This document shows positions 24,960-39,515 of a stretch of DNA of 64,000 nt, piece by piece. The position numbers and the translations under genes are program-made. The notes beneath the pieces were generated by a model. The model was not told where the DNA came from. It did not search any database and saw only the letters and a list, made by a program, of their open reading frames with translations. The stretch spans positions 17,687,500-17,751,499 of the forward strand of contig CM082577.2 in assembly GCA_040954595.2 (NCBI GenBank). Reading direction: 5' to 3'. How positions within the stretch are numbered: position 1 is the stretch's first letter; each line of letters opens with the position of its first letter. This DNA is from Balanoglossus misakiensis. Taxonomy: Eukaryota > Animalia > Hemichordata.

Positions 24960-26950
24960 GGCTTCTGCAGGTAGATCTGAATATGCCATTCCGGGGTGCC
25001 ATCTCAGCAAGTTCTTGAATTGCCTGACCTAATAAATCGGGTATAGATTCATCCCTTCGCTTCGTTTCTTACGGCACCGCAGTTGCCGCAGATCATGCAC
25101 ATTTCGGCTTGTCCTGATGTCCCCCATATCGCTAGTCCAATAATTTCACCAATGGTATATAATGTTAGGAATTTGTGTTAAAACTTTCTGGGCTGATTAA
25201 CTGTGCCTTTTGATTGTCGCCCCACCTGTTGATTGTTGCGTATGACTCAAAATGTTTCAAACAATGTTACTATAATTGCATACGACCATCAAATCGATCG
25301 GGCGTGATCGGTATCACAGGGAAGGCGAAACCCCTTTTCTCTAACTGCCTCCCGCCAACAAGGCGGGCTCCCGTTTCAAGTTTGGAAGAGGTCGGTCGAA
25401 TTGGCAGTCCCGGTTGGCAGTATTCGATGTGTTGACCTGGGTCTGTTTCGTCATTGTAAGTGTTGGTCAACTGTTGACATCTCTCTTGGGGTCGCATTTG
25501 TATCCCCGGCATTTCACCTGCGATTGTTTCCGTAAGCTGCAGTTGGTCGGACATCACTGTTTTCTGATCGATGATGAAGGGGCTTAATGGCCCTTTAATG
25601 TGATGTCCTTGCCAGTTTGGAGATTGGCGTTCAAGACGCTGTGATGGGAGTGCTCGGTTCGGTCCAGTGCTTCCCTGTCACTGACCACGCTGTGGCTGTC
25701 CACTCCTGTTGCCAGTGGAATCGTCCTCCCAGGAGTTTTCGGCGAAATGAATGACTTCCAAAGACTGTCGGTAATCTCGGTTCTTTCGCTGATAGACCGA
25801 CGCAGCTATCTGTTGTCGGCTGGTTAATATTTCTTGATGTGACCGGATTGTTCCAACCACGATCTGCTGTCGGACAATTTGAAGAAGGTGCATAGGTGTA
25901 CATGCAACATTAGCTGGTAGAGGTTTTTTCCTCTGAAGAAGAAAAGATTGAACTGTTGGTCAGAGTTTTCATATGGTGTACTCTGAGTTCAATGCCGTTC
26001 ATGCCTGTCATGGTCTGTGGCTTCAGGGGGTGATGGGCGTTGTAGGCTTTTCTCTTTGGTCTGGCTCCCTGTTCAATTTGTCTATCATTTTTTCCTGGTA
26101 TGTATACAGCGTCACGAATGGTACCCCTCTGGTGTGCTGCCTCCTGTTACTAAATTCCGTCATATTTATAAAACTATCGTTGATTAAGCATTGCTCCAGA
26201 AACTGCACGTCTATACTGGTCGCGTGTTTTGTGTACGGGTACATCGTTTCTCGTCGGCTGTGCGGCAATCTCGATTTTCTAAACGCGGAAGAATAAATAT
26301 GCTACATTGTTATCACTAAAGCAAATGGTCCACTGCCACCAGCTTACAACTTCTATACAGAATCAAAGAAAATCTTCGAAGATGGCGTCGTGAATCACTG
26401 TGAGTGGTTATCCATCAATTTTGCGGTCGTCGGAACGTACAGGTAGACAGGGAAAGGATTTGCCCCGATAAAACTGAATTTGGGCCGAAAAGCTGTTGTC
26501 CCCAACTGGACTTCAGAGTCGCCACTTTACTCAACATAGCCATACTGGACTGTAGCGGAGGCCATGTTATGCCGGGAACACACACACCTGTACGCAGGTC
26601 TCGTGTCAACGTTGCATAAAATTGGCGTGCGTTAAAGGGAAGCGGTCGTCGCGCCGCGTTTGTTTGTTTATAAACATTACATTGCAATTCATCCACAAAT
26701 CCCTGAAATTAGATAATTCTTTGAATGAACGAAGCAGCCAACCGTAGCGTAGACTGGGCATGACAGCAACTGAAGATCCCAGTAGGTCGTGGTGACTGCA
26801 GTGAGGTTTGTGCTAGTAATATGGGAGGACATATTCTCATCAAGGGGGACACCCACACGACGCGACGACCGCTTCCCTTTGAATGAAAGTGTTTCTACCA
26901 CAATGCTTTACGCTCCATGTCTGCGCATGTATTTCGAAAGTTTACAACAC
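24960..26950 (-). mobile_element. Ty3/Gypsy LTR retrotransposon relic (gag and upstream region)
   Basis: PDRFDGR...LKHFESYATINRWGDNQKAQLI and LRCRKK..RDESIPDL.GQAIQELAEMA are Gypsy capsid-like motifs; fragmented minus-strand ORFs upstream; no LTR or pol seen. Confidence 0.72.
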
Positions 26951-27859
26951 CACACACGAGTATAAACTGCCTCTAAACAACTTTGGTTGGCGAAATAAGG
27001 TAAATCAAATTTGGAGATGATTTTTTTCTGTGAAACACCTTGACGCTACGATAAACGGAATAGACTAGCCAGCGACTTTCACCAATGTCCAACGATCAAT
27101 GTCCTTCAGAATTATTTGCAACTTTGTTTTCCATTGGACGGTCGCCAAAAGCTGCCGCAACCGATAAGTTTCATGATAAAACAATGTCACTGAATGTTTG
27201 AAGCGTTTCAGTGTCGACGTCCCTCAAAACTTAATATGTGAACCTTTCCTATACGTTGGCCCTGCTGCAATGCTGAAGTCATTGTTCGTTATTGTTAAAA
27301 CAATTCTATCATTTTCTTTTCATTAAAAAAGCAATATGATTAACGCAATCAAGCTTTGTTTACCCTTTGCTTGGTGCAACCTGTATGCTGAACCACATAA
27401 CAATGGTCACAGCTTTTGTACATTGTATCCCAATGTCCCTACATACAGTAAACTTATAGTGGAATACCTCAATAATGCACAACATATTGTAAAATCCTAC
27501 AGAAAATAACGGTCATCCTCTACAATTTTAAAATGTATATGAAAAATCTAAATTAACACCCCTAATTTTGAATTGGAATAGATTACTATCATCATTTTAC
27601 TTATATGTGTATGCCAACTGTTTAATTGTATGCTACATGAATGAAAGTAGCACGTGCGAATTTATTTTGTCTTTAAATAGTGTCACAGTATACGTATTGT
27701 GTAAAACGTACTGTGCTCATCAGCAAGAAATAAAATGAGGTGTGAAATTATTCATTTCCTCGTAAAACATATAAGAGAAACTGGTGACAGAAAAAAGGTA
27801 AATATCAGTAAGGGATGGTTGACATAGTCTCACTGAATCATTATCCAATCTTTTCAAGA

Positions 27860-28048
27860 CTAAAAAGAACGAACGTCAAATAAAACAATGCCAAACAGAC
27901 TACAAAGTAGATTTTCTATTGGATTGCTTAGTGCAAAGATATGCAGGTCACGTTTTGTTCTAAGAGACAGAATGGCACAACATATATAACCGTCGACAAG
28001 AACCTTGTCTGGTGTGCCGTTTCGCATTATAATGAAGCGGTTATCCAT
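27860..28048 (-). pseudogene. Possible decayed two-TM family member or micro-ORF (62 aa)
   Basis: Acceptor ttgtcttacag| at 28119, candidate upstream exon 28327-28271, hydrophobic LLCSLFGIVLF similar to TM2 of proteins A and B. Confidence 0.3.
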
Positions 28049-31000
28049 CTGGCAAAATCAAGCTTTGTTTTGAGTGTAAAAATATCTTGTGTAATGACTA
28101 CAGTCGTGATAACGCGGCACTGTAAGACAAATGAATAAAATCCCCATTAATCGTGAACACTGCATGTTGATTGCCTTTTTCAACATCTTCTAGAATTCCC
28201 ATTATTCCAATATGCTGTACATATAACTTCAGGAGCATAATCTCTTGGCAATAAACATCAAAAGAGTTACCTTTATCACAAAATGTTTTATAATAAGGTC
28301 CACTTTAGAGTATTAATGCAAACTTTCCTGTAACAATGACTGCATTTTGATAAGTTAGCAATCTATCCATCTCTTCACCCATGCCAATTTACATGTATGT
28401 TTGGATTGTATACTCGAGCCCTTGACATGGTCTCAAGACAACCAGACAATGTTTTGATTTCGTGATCGACAAAATTCAACTTTTGTGTGGAATAAAGATT
28501 GTGTGTGAGCGTGTGTGTGTGTGTGCGCGTGCGTGTGCGTGTGCACGTTTGTGTTATTGGGTTCGTGGTATTCCTGTCCTGGCATACGATCCAAGTGGTA
28601 TTGTTCTATCGTTTTCGCTTGATACCATTGTTTTCGAGGGTGTTGATTTTTTTTATCAACTCTTAGGCTTTATTAATATTCTGTATGCCGTACTGTTTTA
28701 CATTTGTGTATTTGTTTCACGTAGTCAGCTGGGCTGTCTAAACACGTCCGGTGGATGTGGTTGACTGATGCATGCAAATATGCGAGTTTGAATATTTTAG
28801 CTTGAGAAGTCCAGTATCTGACCAACAGTTTAGTTGTGAATAGGACTCGCCTAGTGTCTCGATTGATTATATGAATGGCCATTTCAATGTGGTTACTGAA
28901 TTACGTTTCTATCAACTAATGATGTGTTAATACAGGTTTACATTCGAGGAACTCGTTGTTGAGCGAACTATGCAATATACGATCAGCATTGCGGTATTAC
29001 CCCGTTGATGTATTCATGGTCATCGATGCTGTACTACACACTTCAGTGATTTCCGTAAGGCACCTTTATAGCACAGATATAATATCGTCGATTTACAAAC
29101 CGACGTATTTCTTTTGCCACAAGGTTAGAGATCAGTGCACAACAATTACTTTATGTTACACGGAAAATAGTGGTTATTATCAACATTTATTTTGTTTGAC
29201 CCAACGACGTGCATTGACATGCTTACGACCAGATAACTGCATCAACACGAAGCAACAGTTTCATCTGATTCGTCCTGAGGTTTTATGACGTAGAAAACAA
29301 CTATCGAGAAAATCCAATCAATGAACATATTGCCGGCTACCCAAATACTATGCATCGACTATCCAACAAAGACGAAGCTTTTTATTCCGCCTGACAGATC
29401 AGTTACATTATGACAAACTGAAAGACGGAAATAAAAGAAGTTTCACTATGAAATTATATTCAACCAAAATAAATATCATTGACAACAATTTCATGCACAC
29501 TCTTCAGCCCCGTATGTGCAATGTACATAGTAGGCATATAATGAACGTGAACGTTGTTACTCCAAATCAATAACTCTACTCGCACAAGTTGTCGATTGAC
29601 AAAAGTTTAGGCGCAGTGTAAACATCTGAAGGCACTCGTCTATGTTTTTTCATAACCTTCTACGACAAGATATAGACAGGAACGTTAAAAGACACTGACG
29701 TATGAAATGTTCGTTTGTAAAATAAAAAGGAAGTCGTGTCAGAATAAAAACCAATTATCTATTCGGTTATGGGAACAGCCAAAAAGTGAGGCAAAATCAA
29801 AATCTTTTTGATTATTGACAAAAAATGGTTCAATTTCTACAATATGATACTGATGATATTTGGAATTTAAATTAAATATTTATATAAAAACGTTGAGTAC
29901 TGATGAATTGGTATGTCACATTAATTACTTATCAGGTTATGTCAAACATTATGAAAATCTCATTGCTTAAATATTTTTTCGAAGGGGGAAATGTGGATAT
30001 TGTATGTGTGGTGTGCAATGGATGCGTAGTTATGTAAATTTCGTATTAAAAATAGGGTGTACGCCTGGACTCTTACAAGTTTAAATTTAAACAAAATATG
30101 ATAAGCTTCTGGGTCAAAGGCAGTTTGTTAACGCCGGCTTATAATAGGTTAACTCTGGGTCCTCACACGGACAATTACCGTACAAATGTCCATTTCAAAC
30201 AACAGATGGCAGACGGCCTGCGTTTTGAAAAAAAAGAACTATGACAAAATAAAACTGCCCGACTAAACTGCACTCTGTGCCCCTGAGTACAGTTACATGC
30301 AGAAACTGTGAGGCCTTTAATAAATATTAATACGTTTTATAGATTAAGACTGTGGCGAGGCAGGTGTTCAGAATCACAAATGAGGTTGTTGTTAGTCTCA
30401 GTACACTCAAGCAAACAATGTGTCATCGCACCCAATGGGACAAAATTTGCCTTTACATGCATGGAGGTGAAGGCAGTTCAGTCGACGGGATGACAGCACA
30501 ACAGTGTCGCCATTTTACTGCAAAATTAATATTGTCTTCCAATAATGAACATCACGATAGATCGATTGTTTAACAAAATGAAATGGCCGTGCACCAAAGA
30601 CGTGTTTTCTGTCTAATTTCACCAAGACTGATGGACTATAATGAATATTAAAGTCGAAAGCCTTGGGGGCAGTCCTTACGTGACACAGAGTCATCACCTT
30701 AAGGGCCCTCTGCAATAGTCTCGCTGATGGAGAATATCGCATGTGTTCACTTTCAATGCGTTTTGTGAAGCAAAGTTGAGCATCGTGTTTTCAGGTTCTG
30801 ACCATTGGACAGGTTTTCGTTTAACTGACACGTTCATTTTCTGTTAGGCTAGGTTATGTGGCGCATTACTTACCTTAACTGTCTTATCATTTTACAGCAC
30901 ACACGTCGACGTGATGACCTGCGACTCACTGTCTTATATAAGCTATTCACCAAGTCTTCGATTTACATGGCATTTTCTGGACATCGAGTAAACGAAATGG

Positions 31001-31854
31001 AAAAAGCGAGATTTCAAAAGAGTAATTATGAAGGAGCTCCTTTCCACAGTAAAAATATAAATACTGCGATGACTTGTGAACAAACTTGGAGTTAAGATGC
31101 CCAGCTCGCTCTTCAAACCCACATCACAAACAGCAGTGAACGGCAGAGCCCCTATCCAAGCAATAACAAATACTCAGACTCCCCAGGAAAGTAATTTTCA
31201 GTCGCGGCTGACTTCACTTGTCTCAAGCGCAGCGTGAAAAATCGTTACAATGACGCGATTGTTTTCCATTGGTATCCCCGTTGTAGTACATTAGAATGAA
31301 CATCCATACTGGAGGAAAATATTTCACTGAAAGATTATTCGCTCTAACTTGGATGACTACGTTTCAAATTTATATACTGCCCTATTTCTATCAGTATTAT
31401 TCATTGCAGAAATTACTTCAAATAATATATTCAAATATTGTAATGCATGAAGGTGGAATATTAAAATCGTTTGAAAGCAACCATCCGTACAATGCGATAA
31501 CAGTGTTGGCACGATTAATAATTTGTTATAATACAGCTTATGTAAATAATTTAATGGGACCATGGAATTTCTGCTGTGTGTCTGTTGTTTGTGCTTTTAC
31601 GGAACAACCCCTGGGAACAACCCCACGTGCGCTGTTCGATTGTTAAACCCTTTCTACCACTGTAAGTGTATACCCTACTGTATATCAAGACAGAACAGCT
31701 CAGGCCTAATTGCCTTAAGAAATGTACATCTATTGCCTGATTCTTGATGTTTATTTCCCAAAAGAATATTTTGTAGACAGTGGTGTGCAACCATGATCCC
31801 CGATTTGATGACTGGACATTTTATGCACATCGATCGTTTAACTAACGATGCCAA

Positions 31855-32128
<274 letters not shown>

Positions 32129-32177
32129 GTTTATTTCCCAAACGAATATTTTGTAGACAGTGGTGGTTAAGTCGTTA

Positions 32178-32416
<239 letters not shown>

Positions 32417-33138
32417 AAAACCTTGAGAAACTCGTGATGGGACAAATAATTGTCATTAGAAATACTTGACATTCACACGCATATCTAAGTTCATTTCCAT
32501 TCCACGAGCCGAGTACTTTTGTGCGGGATACGTCGGCTAGAGGGGATTTTCGGAAGTGTGCTAGTTCGACGCCAGTCAAAACAAGGAACCATCACTTGGA
32601 TAGTCCTATTTTCAGGTTCAAGTGATCATATTTTGACAAAAATTAATTGGTATTTTTACAATGTAAAAATCGACAATGGGTAACGGCTTTCAACACATAT
32701 ATGTTGTAATAACATAGGCAGCCATATTTGATTATCATGTGTTCCTAAATCTAGAATAGTATGCTTTTTAATCGTAGAGAGTTAGAATGCCATTAGTTTG
32801 GGTATGAGATTTCGTAATAAATGTCCACTGGCAATAATTTCAATTAATCCTTGTAAGACTGACGTCTCCCAGGTGATGCCTGATTGGCCGTTAGTCCCGA
32901 CTAATCTGTGACATTTGAACGTGACACCGTAAGGTAGATAGGCGAGCAGTGGTTAAAACTTGTCTTTGCCCACCATCAACCAGAGTTGGAGCTATATCCC
33001 TTGTGAATGAAACCACACTATCCTCTATGATGCCTAGAAAATGTGTCTTTAATTAAACAAAATCAAAGTGGTAGTGGTTTTTCATGCCAGTATTTTGAAG
33101 AAAGGGAAGAAACACTGGCAATGCAAGGAAGTACTTAC

Positions 33139-33428
33139 CTTTAACCCTCGATGTGGGTTTCTCTTGCACAGCAGTCAATTACATAGTGCTATAATCACTG
33201 TGATCATCAAGACGTTTCTGCTCATTACGCATTTTAGCAGAGCTGCTTTCCTCTCAGAACCAAAAGCTTCAAAGAAGAATGGACACATTAAGAACAAAAT
33301 GTGCGGGTTTCCTATTGGACTCATCTAAACCAGCTTCCTGTTCCAGGTGGCGGAATATTTTGAAGTCCAGTTCCACACATGCATTTGCCAGCAAGTCAAA
33401 GAATGTCTTGTAGCGATGGTATTGCAAC
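33139..33428 (-). other. Candidate spliced exon without a through-going ORF (UTR, lncRNA or pseudo-exon)
   Basis: tttcttgtag| acceptor and AAG|gtaagt donor; stops in the frames checked. Confidence 0.35.
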
Positions 33429-36400
33429 CTACAAGAAACATTATCCTTTTGCCGTTAACATTATTAAACATAATATTCTACTATAACCGGAAGTATCCTG
33501 TGGTAACAAAACGGAAATCAATACAACACAAAGCAACATGCAGAAAACTTGTTGGAGCCAATGCGGGCTATATTCAAACTGCATTATAGTACACAATCAG
33601 CATTATTATTTTTTATGTGGAAATTAGTATTGAATTCGTTATTCTCGTTTGTAAACAAGAGATGTAGAGCGTCATCCTAGACGGACGCACTTTCACTTGC
33701 TTCTGTGTATTCGTAATTGTTGGCCTTTTTTAGAAGAAATGCGGACTCAAATGCTATGTCAAGATAATTGTAAAATTAAGAGGACACTTTATACAGTTTA
33801 TACATCTACCAAACTCTAAACGAATCGGAAATTAACACATCGATTGTTATAAGTACTCAAAACACTCCAAATATCGGACAGACAGGCTCACAGAAACCAA
33901 GAGTAACACTGAAACAACCATCAGAGAAAAAAATGGTACTGTGAAGTGACAAAGATATTGAAATTTAAATTTAAATTTACAGCAGTACCTATGCTGAAGG
34001 ATGTGAACCCTAATAATGCTATTTTGGTTATATTGCTCTTTAATCAACGAAGAACGAACGATACATCTACGTTGGATGAAATTTGAAAATTTCATTTAGA
34101 TATACATTTATAATAGTCGGCACTCTACACGTGGCAATCGACAACAAAAATATGACAGATCCTTATGACCTCTGCGCGAAATCTGTTCCGTACAGAAATT
34201 ATTTTCTCGAAATATGCGATGTCTCGCAGTACTTTAGGGGGCGCAGCAAATGAAATTACAGCCGAGTGTTTCTCATCTGACGAGAAGAAATAATTTCTGT
34301 ACCACAGAGATTGGACAGAAAGGTTATAATGTTCTGTTAGGGATTGGTAGGTTTCTCTACTTGTGGTCGTGTGTGTGGGGGGGGGAGGGGTAAGTGAATT
34401 TTCTTTTAATTGGTGCATATCAAAAAGTCTGAGTTGTTTTCTTAAGAATGTATGACTTTATTATCAATTAACAACAATGGAAAATAAGAAAGACAAAAAC
34501 AACACAACAATCACAAAAATAAACTTCGACCAAAATCTCCTTGGCTTGCTAGACAGTAGACACTGATTTACTCTTTAATTCTTAATTATCACTCGTGTTT
34601 CATAACCAAGAGGATCACCTCCATGTTTACATGTGTATGGGTAAATCTATGCTGGTAAAATAACATAGTTTACCATTAGAAACTTTTGCGTGTTAAGAAT
34701 GAACAGATAAATTACAGAACTAATCAAGTTGAAGAAGAATCTTTAGACATGTATCCAGATGTCCTTGAATGTTTAAAATCTGTACAAATGTGGTCACAAT
34801 ACTGCACAGTTTTATATATTATTACCTGGATCATGTGATAACGTGGGTTTATGCGCCCGGGGGCAGGGGGGGGGGCATTCGTCCGACACAGGAGGGCTAA
34901 TGGTCTCCTGCCGCCAGGGACCATATACCTTGTATTTAGGCTATAATATATTTATTACATGCGTCGTCAGACACGTTTTATCGGATCTGATTGCCATGGC
35001 AACCGGTCAATATAACGTTCACTGGCCCACTACATTCCCGGATGTTGCCTATACACTATTGGAAACAATGTGTTGATTTTGCACTCAGCATGTAACTGAA
35101 TGTCCTCACGTGATACGTGATGCATAATTTTTGGCGTCGATTTACTGTGATGCGTGAGCATCGCATGCATTGCAAAACGATGCGAGAACCGATAACGTCA
35201 GTCGGGATCAACACACGAGAAACTACTTTGAACAGACTCTCATCCAGAGTTAAGATGAAGCTTGGAGATTTAATGCAATAAAAACGAGTTGTTCATGGCT
35301 CCGAACAATTCATTGCTACGTACATTGCAGATCCAGCTATAACGGCATGGCCATGGCTAGCCATGTGTGTATTTCAATCGTTACACGGCCGTGTTAACGC
35401 TTGGAATATACAAACCTGTACGCAGGGATATGCCGGGGCAAGCTGGTCGCCCGGTTTCAATATTTCAATCACGTAGCCAGTCTGTCTAGTGTCTATGCGT
35501 AAGCTAATCGAAGTTTGGGACATGTAAGATTGTTTTGCTGTCGACGTCTTCAATATTCATGTTATCCGACTATATGAATTTAGCGTAATCATTCAGACAA
35601 AGCAATTTGTACTAGTATACATGTTAAGTACTTAAACGTACGGAAGTTGACCAAAAACCAGACACTGCTCTAGTCCCTAATGACAACAATATGTTGCGGG
35701 AGATATTGTGTCGCAGCTGTAGATGAAAGTGAGGGCCCATAGCATAGAAGGTAATCTTTTTTCAAACATCCGCGGAAGCACAGACACACGTCTGATCACG
35801 TGAGGTCAAAATTGATATTACAATTAAAATACAATAAAAGTTTACCTATAGTCTCTTCCAAAGATTAATATATAATTTTCCACTTACAGTTGGACATACA
35901 GAAACATTAAATCTATGAAGCTAATTGGCCTGAGACCAGAACAGCCGGCGGATTAAACCAAAACCGATTTCATAAAAAAAAACGCATTTTCATTACGCTT
36001 AGGCGCTTTACTCTTCTAAAGGAATTCATTTAAAATGCTGTGAAATACTTTGCAAGATTGAGAATCGGAAAATAAAGTTGATAAAAGAAATTTTGGAATA
36101 ATAAGTTAAGATTACACTGTTATTTTTCCGTGAAGGGATAAATTTCTACTTTTCCCCAATGAGAGCACCTTTTTGACATTACTATATGTTCATTATAACA
36201 TTTTAGTATATTTATTTCAGTGTGATTATACGACAAATATACACCATTAGCTTTAAGAACGTTATTAACTTTCTAATCAATGGGATATGTGTTCTATTTC
36301 TTCTATTTGCCAAACCAAAATACGAAATCCAATGGCCAATGAATACCTGGTATACATTTGAGTTTTGTAAGTATGTCGGCAATCAGCTTTCCCAATGTAA

Positions 36401-36754
36401 CTGTATTTTTGTAAGTGCAGTTAGAAACTTATTAATATAACAATAATTAATGGTGATATGCAAATAAATAAATAATTAATTAATTAGTCAGCAATTCATA
36501 GGAAGATCATTACGCCATCACCGCAAGATATGCGTAAATCTTTGATAGAATTAATGTCTATTTTCTGTTCTACTAAAGGACTGCCTACAATATATTATAT
36601 TCTTATAAAATTCAGGTACTCTTTTGAAAATGTTCATCGAAAGCTACATTATATGTTCACGATGGTCATATTGAAAAGGAGATACACGTACAGAACAGTA
36701 CAGTACACAATTCAAATGTAGAAATGCAATTTAATTAATTATATATACTATTAT

Positions 36755-37686
36755 ATTATATTATGCTACCGTCCGTGATTCTGATTGGACGAGAGCTGAA
36801 TCCAGCGATGGTAAAATACTGTTTTACCATGGCTAGCAGTTCAGCTAGCAGTGGTAAAACGGGCCCCTGAACTAGCATTCGGCAGCAAAAATGTGCGGTT
36901 AAACCACAGTCGCACGTGTTTAAACCAAATAAATAAAACAAAAATACTGTTGAATTAACGGACGTTTTATTTTGGAACTGCTCTGTGGATATATTTGTCG
37001 CTTTGCCACGCGCGATGCCCGTCTTGTCACTTTTTGTCGTCTGCTGCATGTTTAAAGGGACAAAGTCTCTCTCCAGCTGCCCCTTTTCCATTAATTATGT
37101 TTGATACAAGACACTGGTTATGTTAATGTAAATGTGGATATATAGTTAATCAATGATCAACCACACAAAACTTCCATCCCACTTGTATGATATGAGAGTA
37201 AAAACTCACCCAAAATGAATAAATGGTAAAGAACGATTATTCATTTTGGCGAGTTTTTTCACTCTCCTGTCTATAAGAGGGATGGAAGTTGTGTGTGGTT
37301 GAACGTTCATTCACTATATATCCACATGTAGAATAACAAACGGTGTCTTGTATCAAATATAATTAATGGAAAAAAGGGCAGCGAGAGAGAGACTTTGTCC
37401 CTTTAATGCTCGATCCCGGCCGCGCGTGTTTACATTCGTCGTCGCCATTTTGGTTCACGATCGTAATTTCTCTTTCTGACGCCGTTTCGGTAAGAAAATG
37501 ACACTGATATGCCACAAAAACAGTTGTTGATATAATATAATAGCAATAACCCCCGCCTCAGTCGGGTATACACTCGATTTGGGTACAGTTCGCTCCATAT
37601 AGCACTCGCCTGACGGCTCGTGCTATATGTCTCGAATTGTACCCAAATCTCGTGTATACCCGCCTGCGGCGGGGGTTATTGCTTAA
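36755..37686. mobile_element. Non-autonomous element with a terminal ~140-nt hairpin (37542-37683) and a nested fold-back MITE
   Basis: agcaataacccccgcc...cgggtatacac.....tttgggtaca...tatagcac | gtgctata...tgtacccaaa...gtgtatacccg...ggcgggggttattgct; left boundary approximate. Confidence 0.6.
37052..37406. mobile_element. TTAA-flanked fold-back (whole-length palindromic) MITE, ~355 bp
   Basis: ttaa-agggacaaagtctctct ... agagagactttgtccct-ttaa; arms pair imperfectly all the way to the centre near 37228. Confidence 0.88.
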
Positions 37687-38344
37687 GTATATGATAGCAG
37701 AGAATAGTTGATGAATAAAAGAAGGGATCTTGATGCAAGGTTATGTGCGAAATATGTATGAAAACAATTTACATGCCCAAAAGGCATGCCGAAATCTGGT
37801 ATGATTGTTATTGCATCTCTTCCCTCATATTTGACAAGCGACGATCGTACAATGGTCAAGTTATGCAGCGACTGTTCATGTTGGATCAGTTCGTCAGATG
37901 TTTGGCCACCAGGGATGCCTTTGATTATGTTTCACTGAGGATTATGTTTCACTGACTTGCATAAAAAATCACACGATAAATGAATTCGAACCCAATTTTT
38001 ATATCTACGTCCATATCACCCACGTTTGGATCGGCTAATTATAATCGATGAAATTGCGAAATGAAGAAGTGACCGAAAAATAGAGAAATTCATAATTAAA
38101 GAAATAAAGAATATTAAATATATTAATAGATTGAAACCGACAAACAGCAAAACAGACAATCGATTCAATGTATTTTAATACTCTCGCCATTGTCCGCTTA
38201 TACAGCGCCCCCAACTGGCTAAGGGGCAATGGATAATTAAAACGCGCGCACAGTAAACGCAATTTCTGGGTTGAGTGGGTGGGGCTGGTGTGCCTGTATA
38301 TCGATTTATGTGCAATCATGCTACGTATACACGTTGTTACTATG

Positions 38345-38473
38345 AGGTTATTACGAAAATACCGCAAAGTATGCACGAGGACATTAGCGCCCAGTATCAT
38401 CCGACGCGTAGCGGAGGACGATGCGCTGCGCTAATATCCGAGTGCATACTTTGCGGTATTTTCGTAATAACCT
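38345..38473. repeat. Hairpin with a 32-bp perfect outer stem
   Basis: aggttattacgaaaataccgcaaagtatgcac / gtgcatactttgcggtattttcgtaataacct. Confidence 0.9.
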
Positions 38474-38544
38474 TATTATTATACATCTTACATCTCCGTA
38501 AGTTCTTGTGTTGCATGTTACTTGGCTTCCAAAACGCCCAAAAT

Positions 38545-39515
38545 GTCGATACAATCGATCGAAAACCGCTCAGTTGACTCAGTGAGCAGCCATCTTTCTT
38601 TTTTGTTTACGTGTGCGCACGTGCGTTGGAGTGGGGGCGCCTTGAAACCGTCCGCATAACAGCGCATACCTGTACACGGTGAGTTGGGGTGCCTTGAAAC
38701 TTAAGGCGTATTTAACACGCATTCAGTACGTACCGTTCCGTATGGCTTTTTAGTGCACGCTAAATTCTATTGTTCTCAGTGCCAGATGTATAATAACCCC
38801 CTTTATCATACATGCAACGCCTGTATTTTGCACTTTCTATTGTTCTCGCAGTGAAAATATTATGAGGTTATTACGAAAATACCGCAAAGTACGCACGAGG
38901 ACATTAGCGCTGATGTCGATACAATCGATCAAAAACTGCTCAGTTGACTCAGTGAGCAGCCATCTTTCTTTTTTGTTTACGTGCGTTGGAGTGGGGGTGT
39001 CTTGAAACCGTCCGCATAACAGCGCATATCTGTACTCGGTGAGTTGGGGCGCCTTGAAACTCAATGGCGTATTTAACATGCGTTCCGTACGTACCGTTCC
39101 ATATGGCTTTTTAGTGCACGCTAAATTCTACTGTTCTCAGTGCCAGATGTATAATAACCCCCTTTATCATACATGCAACGCCTGTATTTTGCACTTTCTA
39201 TTGTTCTCGCAGTGAAAATATTATGAGGTTATTACGAAAATACCGCAAAGTACGCACGAGGACATTAGCGCTGATGTCGATACAATCGATCGAAAACCGC
39301 TCAGTTGACTCAGTGAGCAGCCATCTTTCTTTTTTGTTTACGTGCTTTGGAGTGGGGGTGTCTTGAAACCGTCCGCATAACAGCGCATACCTGTACACGG
39401 TGAGTTGGGGCGCCTTGAAACTCAATGGCGTATTTAACATGCGTTCCGTACGTACCGTTCCGTACGGCTTTTTATTGCACGCTAAATTCTATTGTTCTCG
39501 GTGCCAGATGTATAA
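38545..39515. repeat. Tandem repeat, ~361-bp unit, ~2.7 copies
   Basis: Near-identical ORF-track peptides at 38837 and 39198 (offset 361); direct reading. Confidence 0.95.

Noticed and set aside
38545-39515. CRISPR-like array or duplicated 80-aa genes
   Set aside because: Whole 361-bp units repeat with no unique spacers; eukaryotic context; peptides look non-coding
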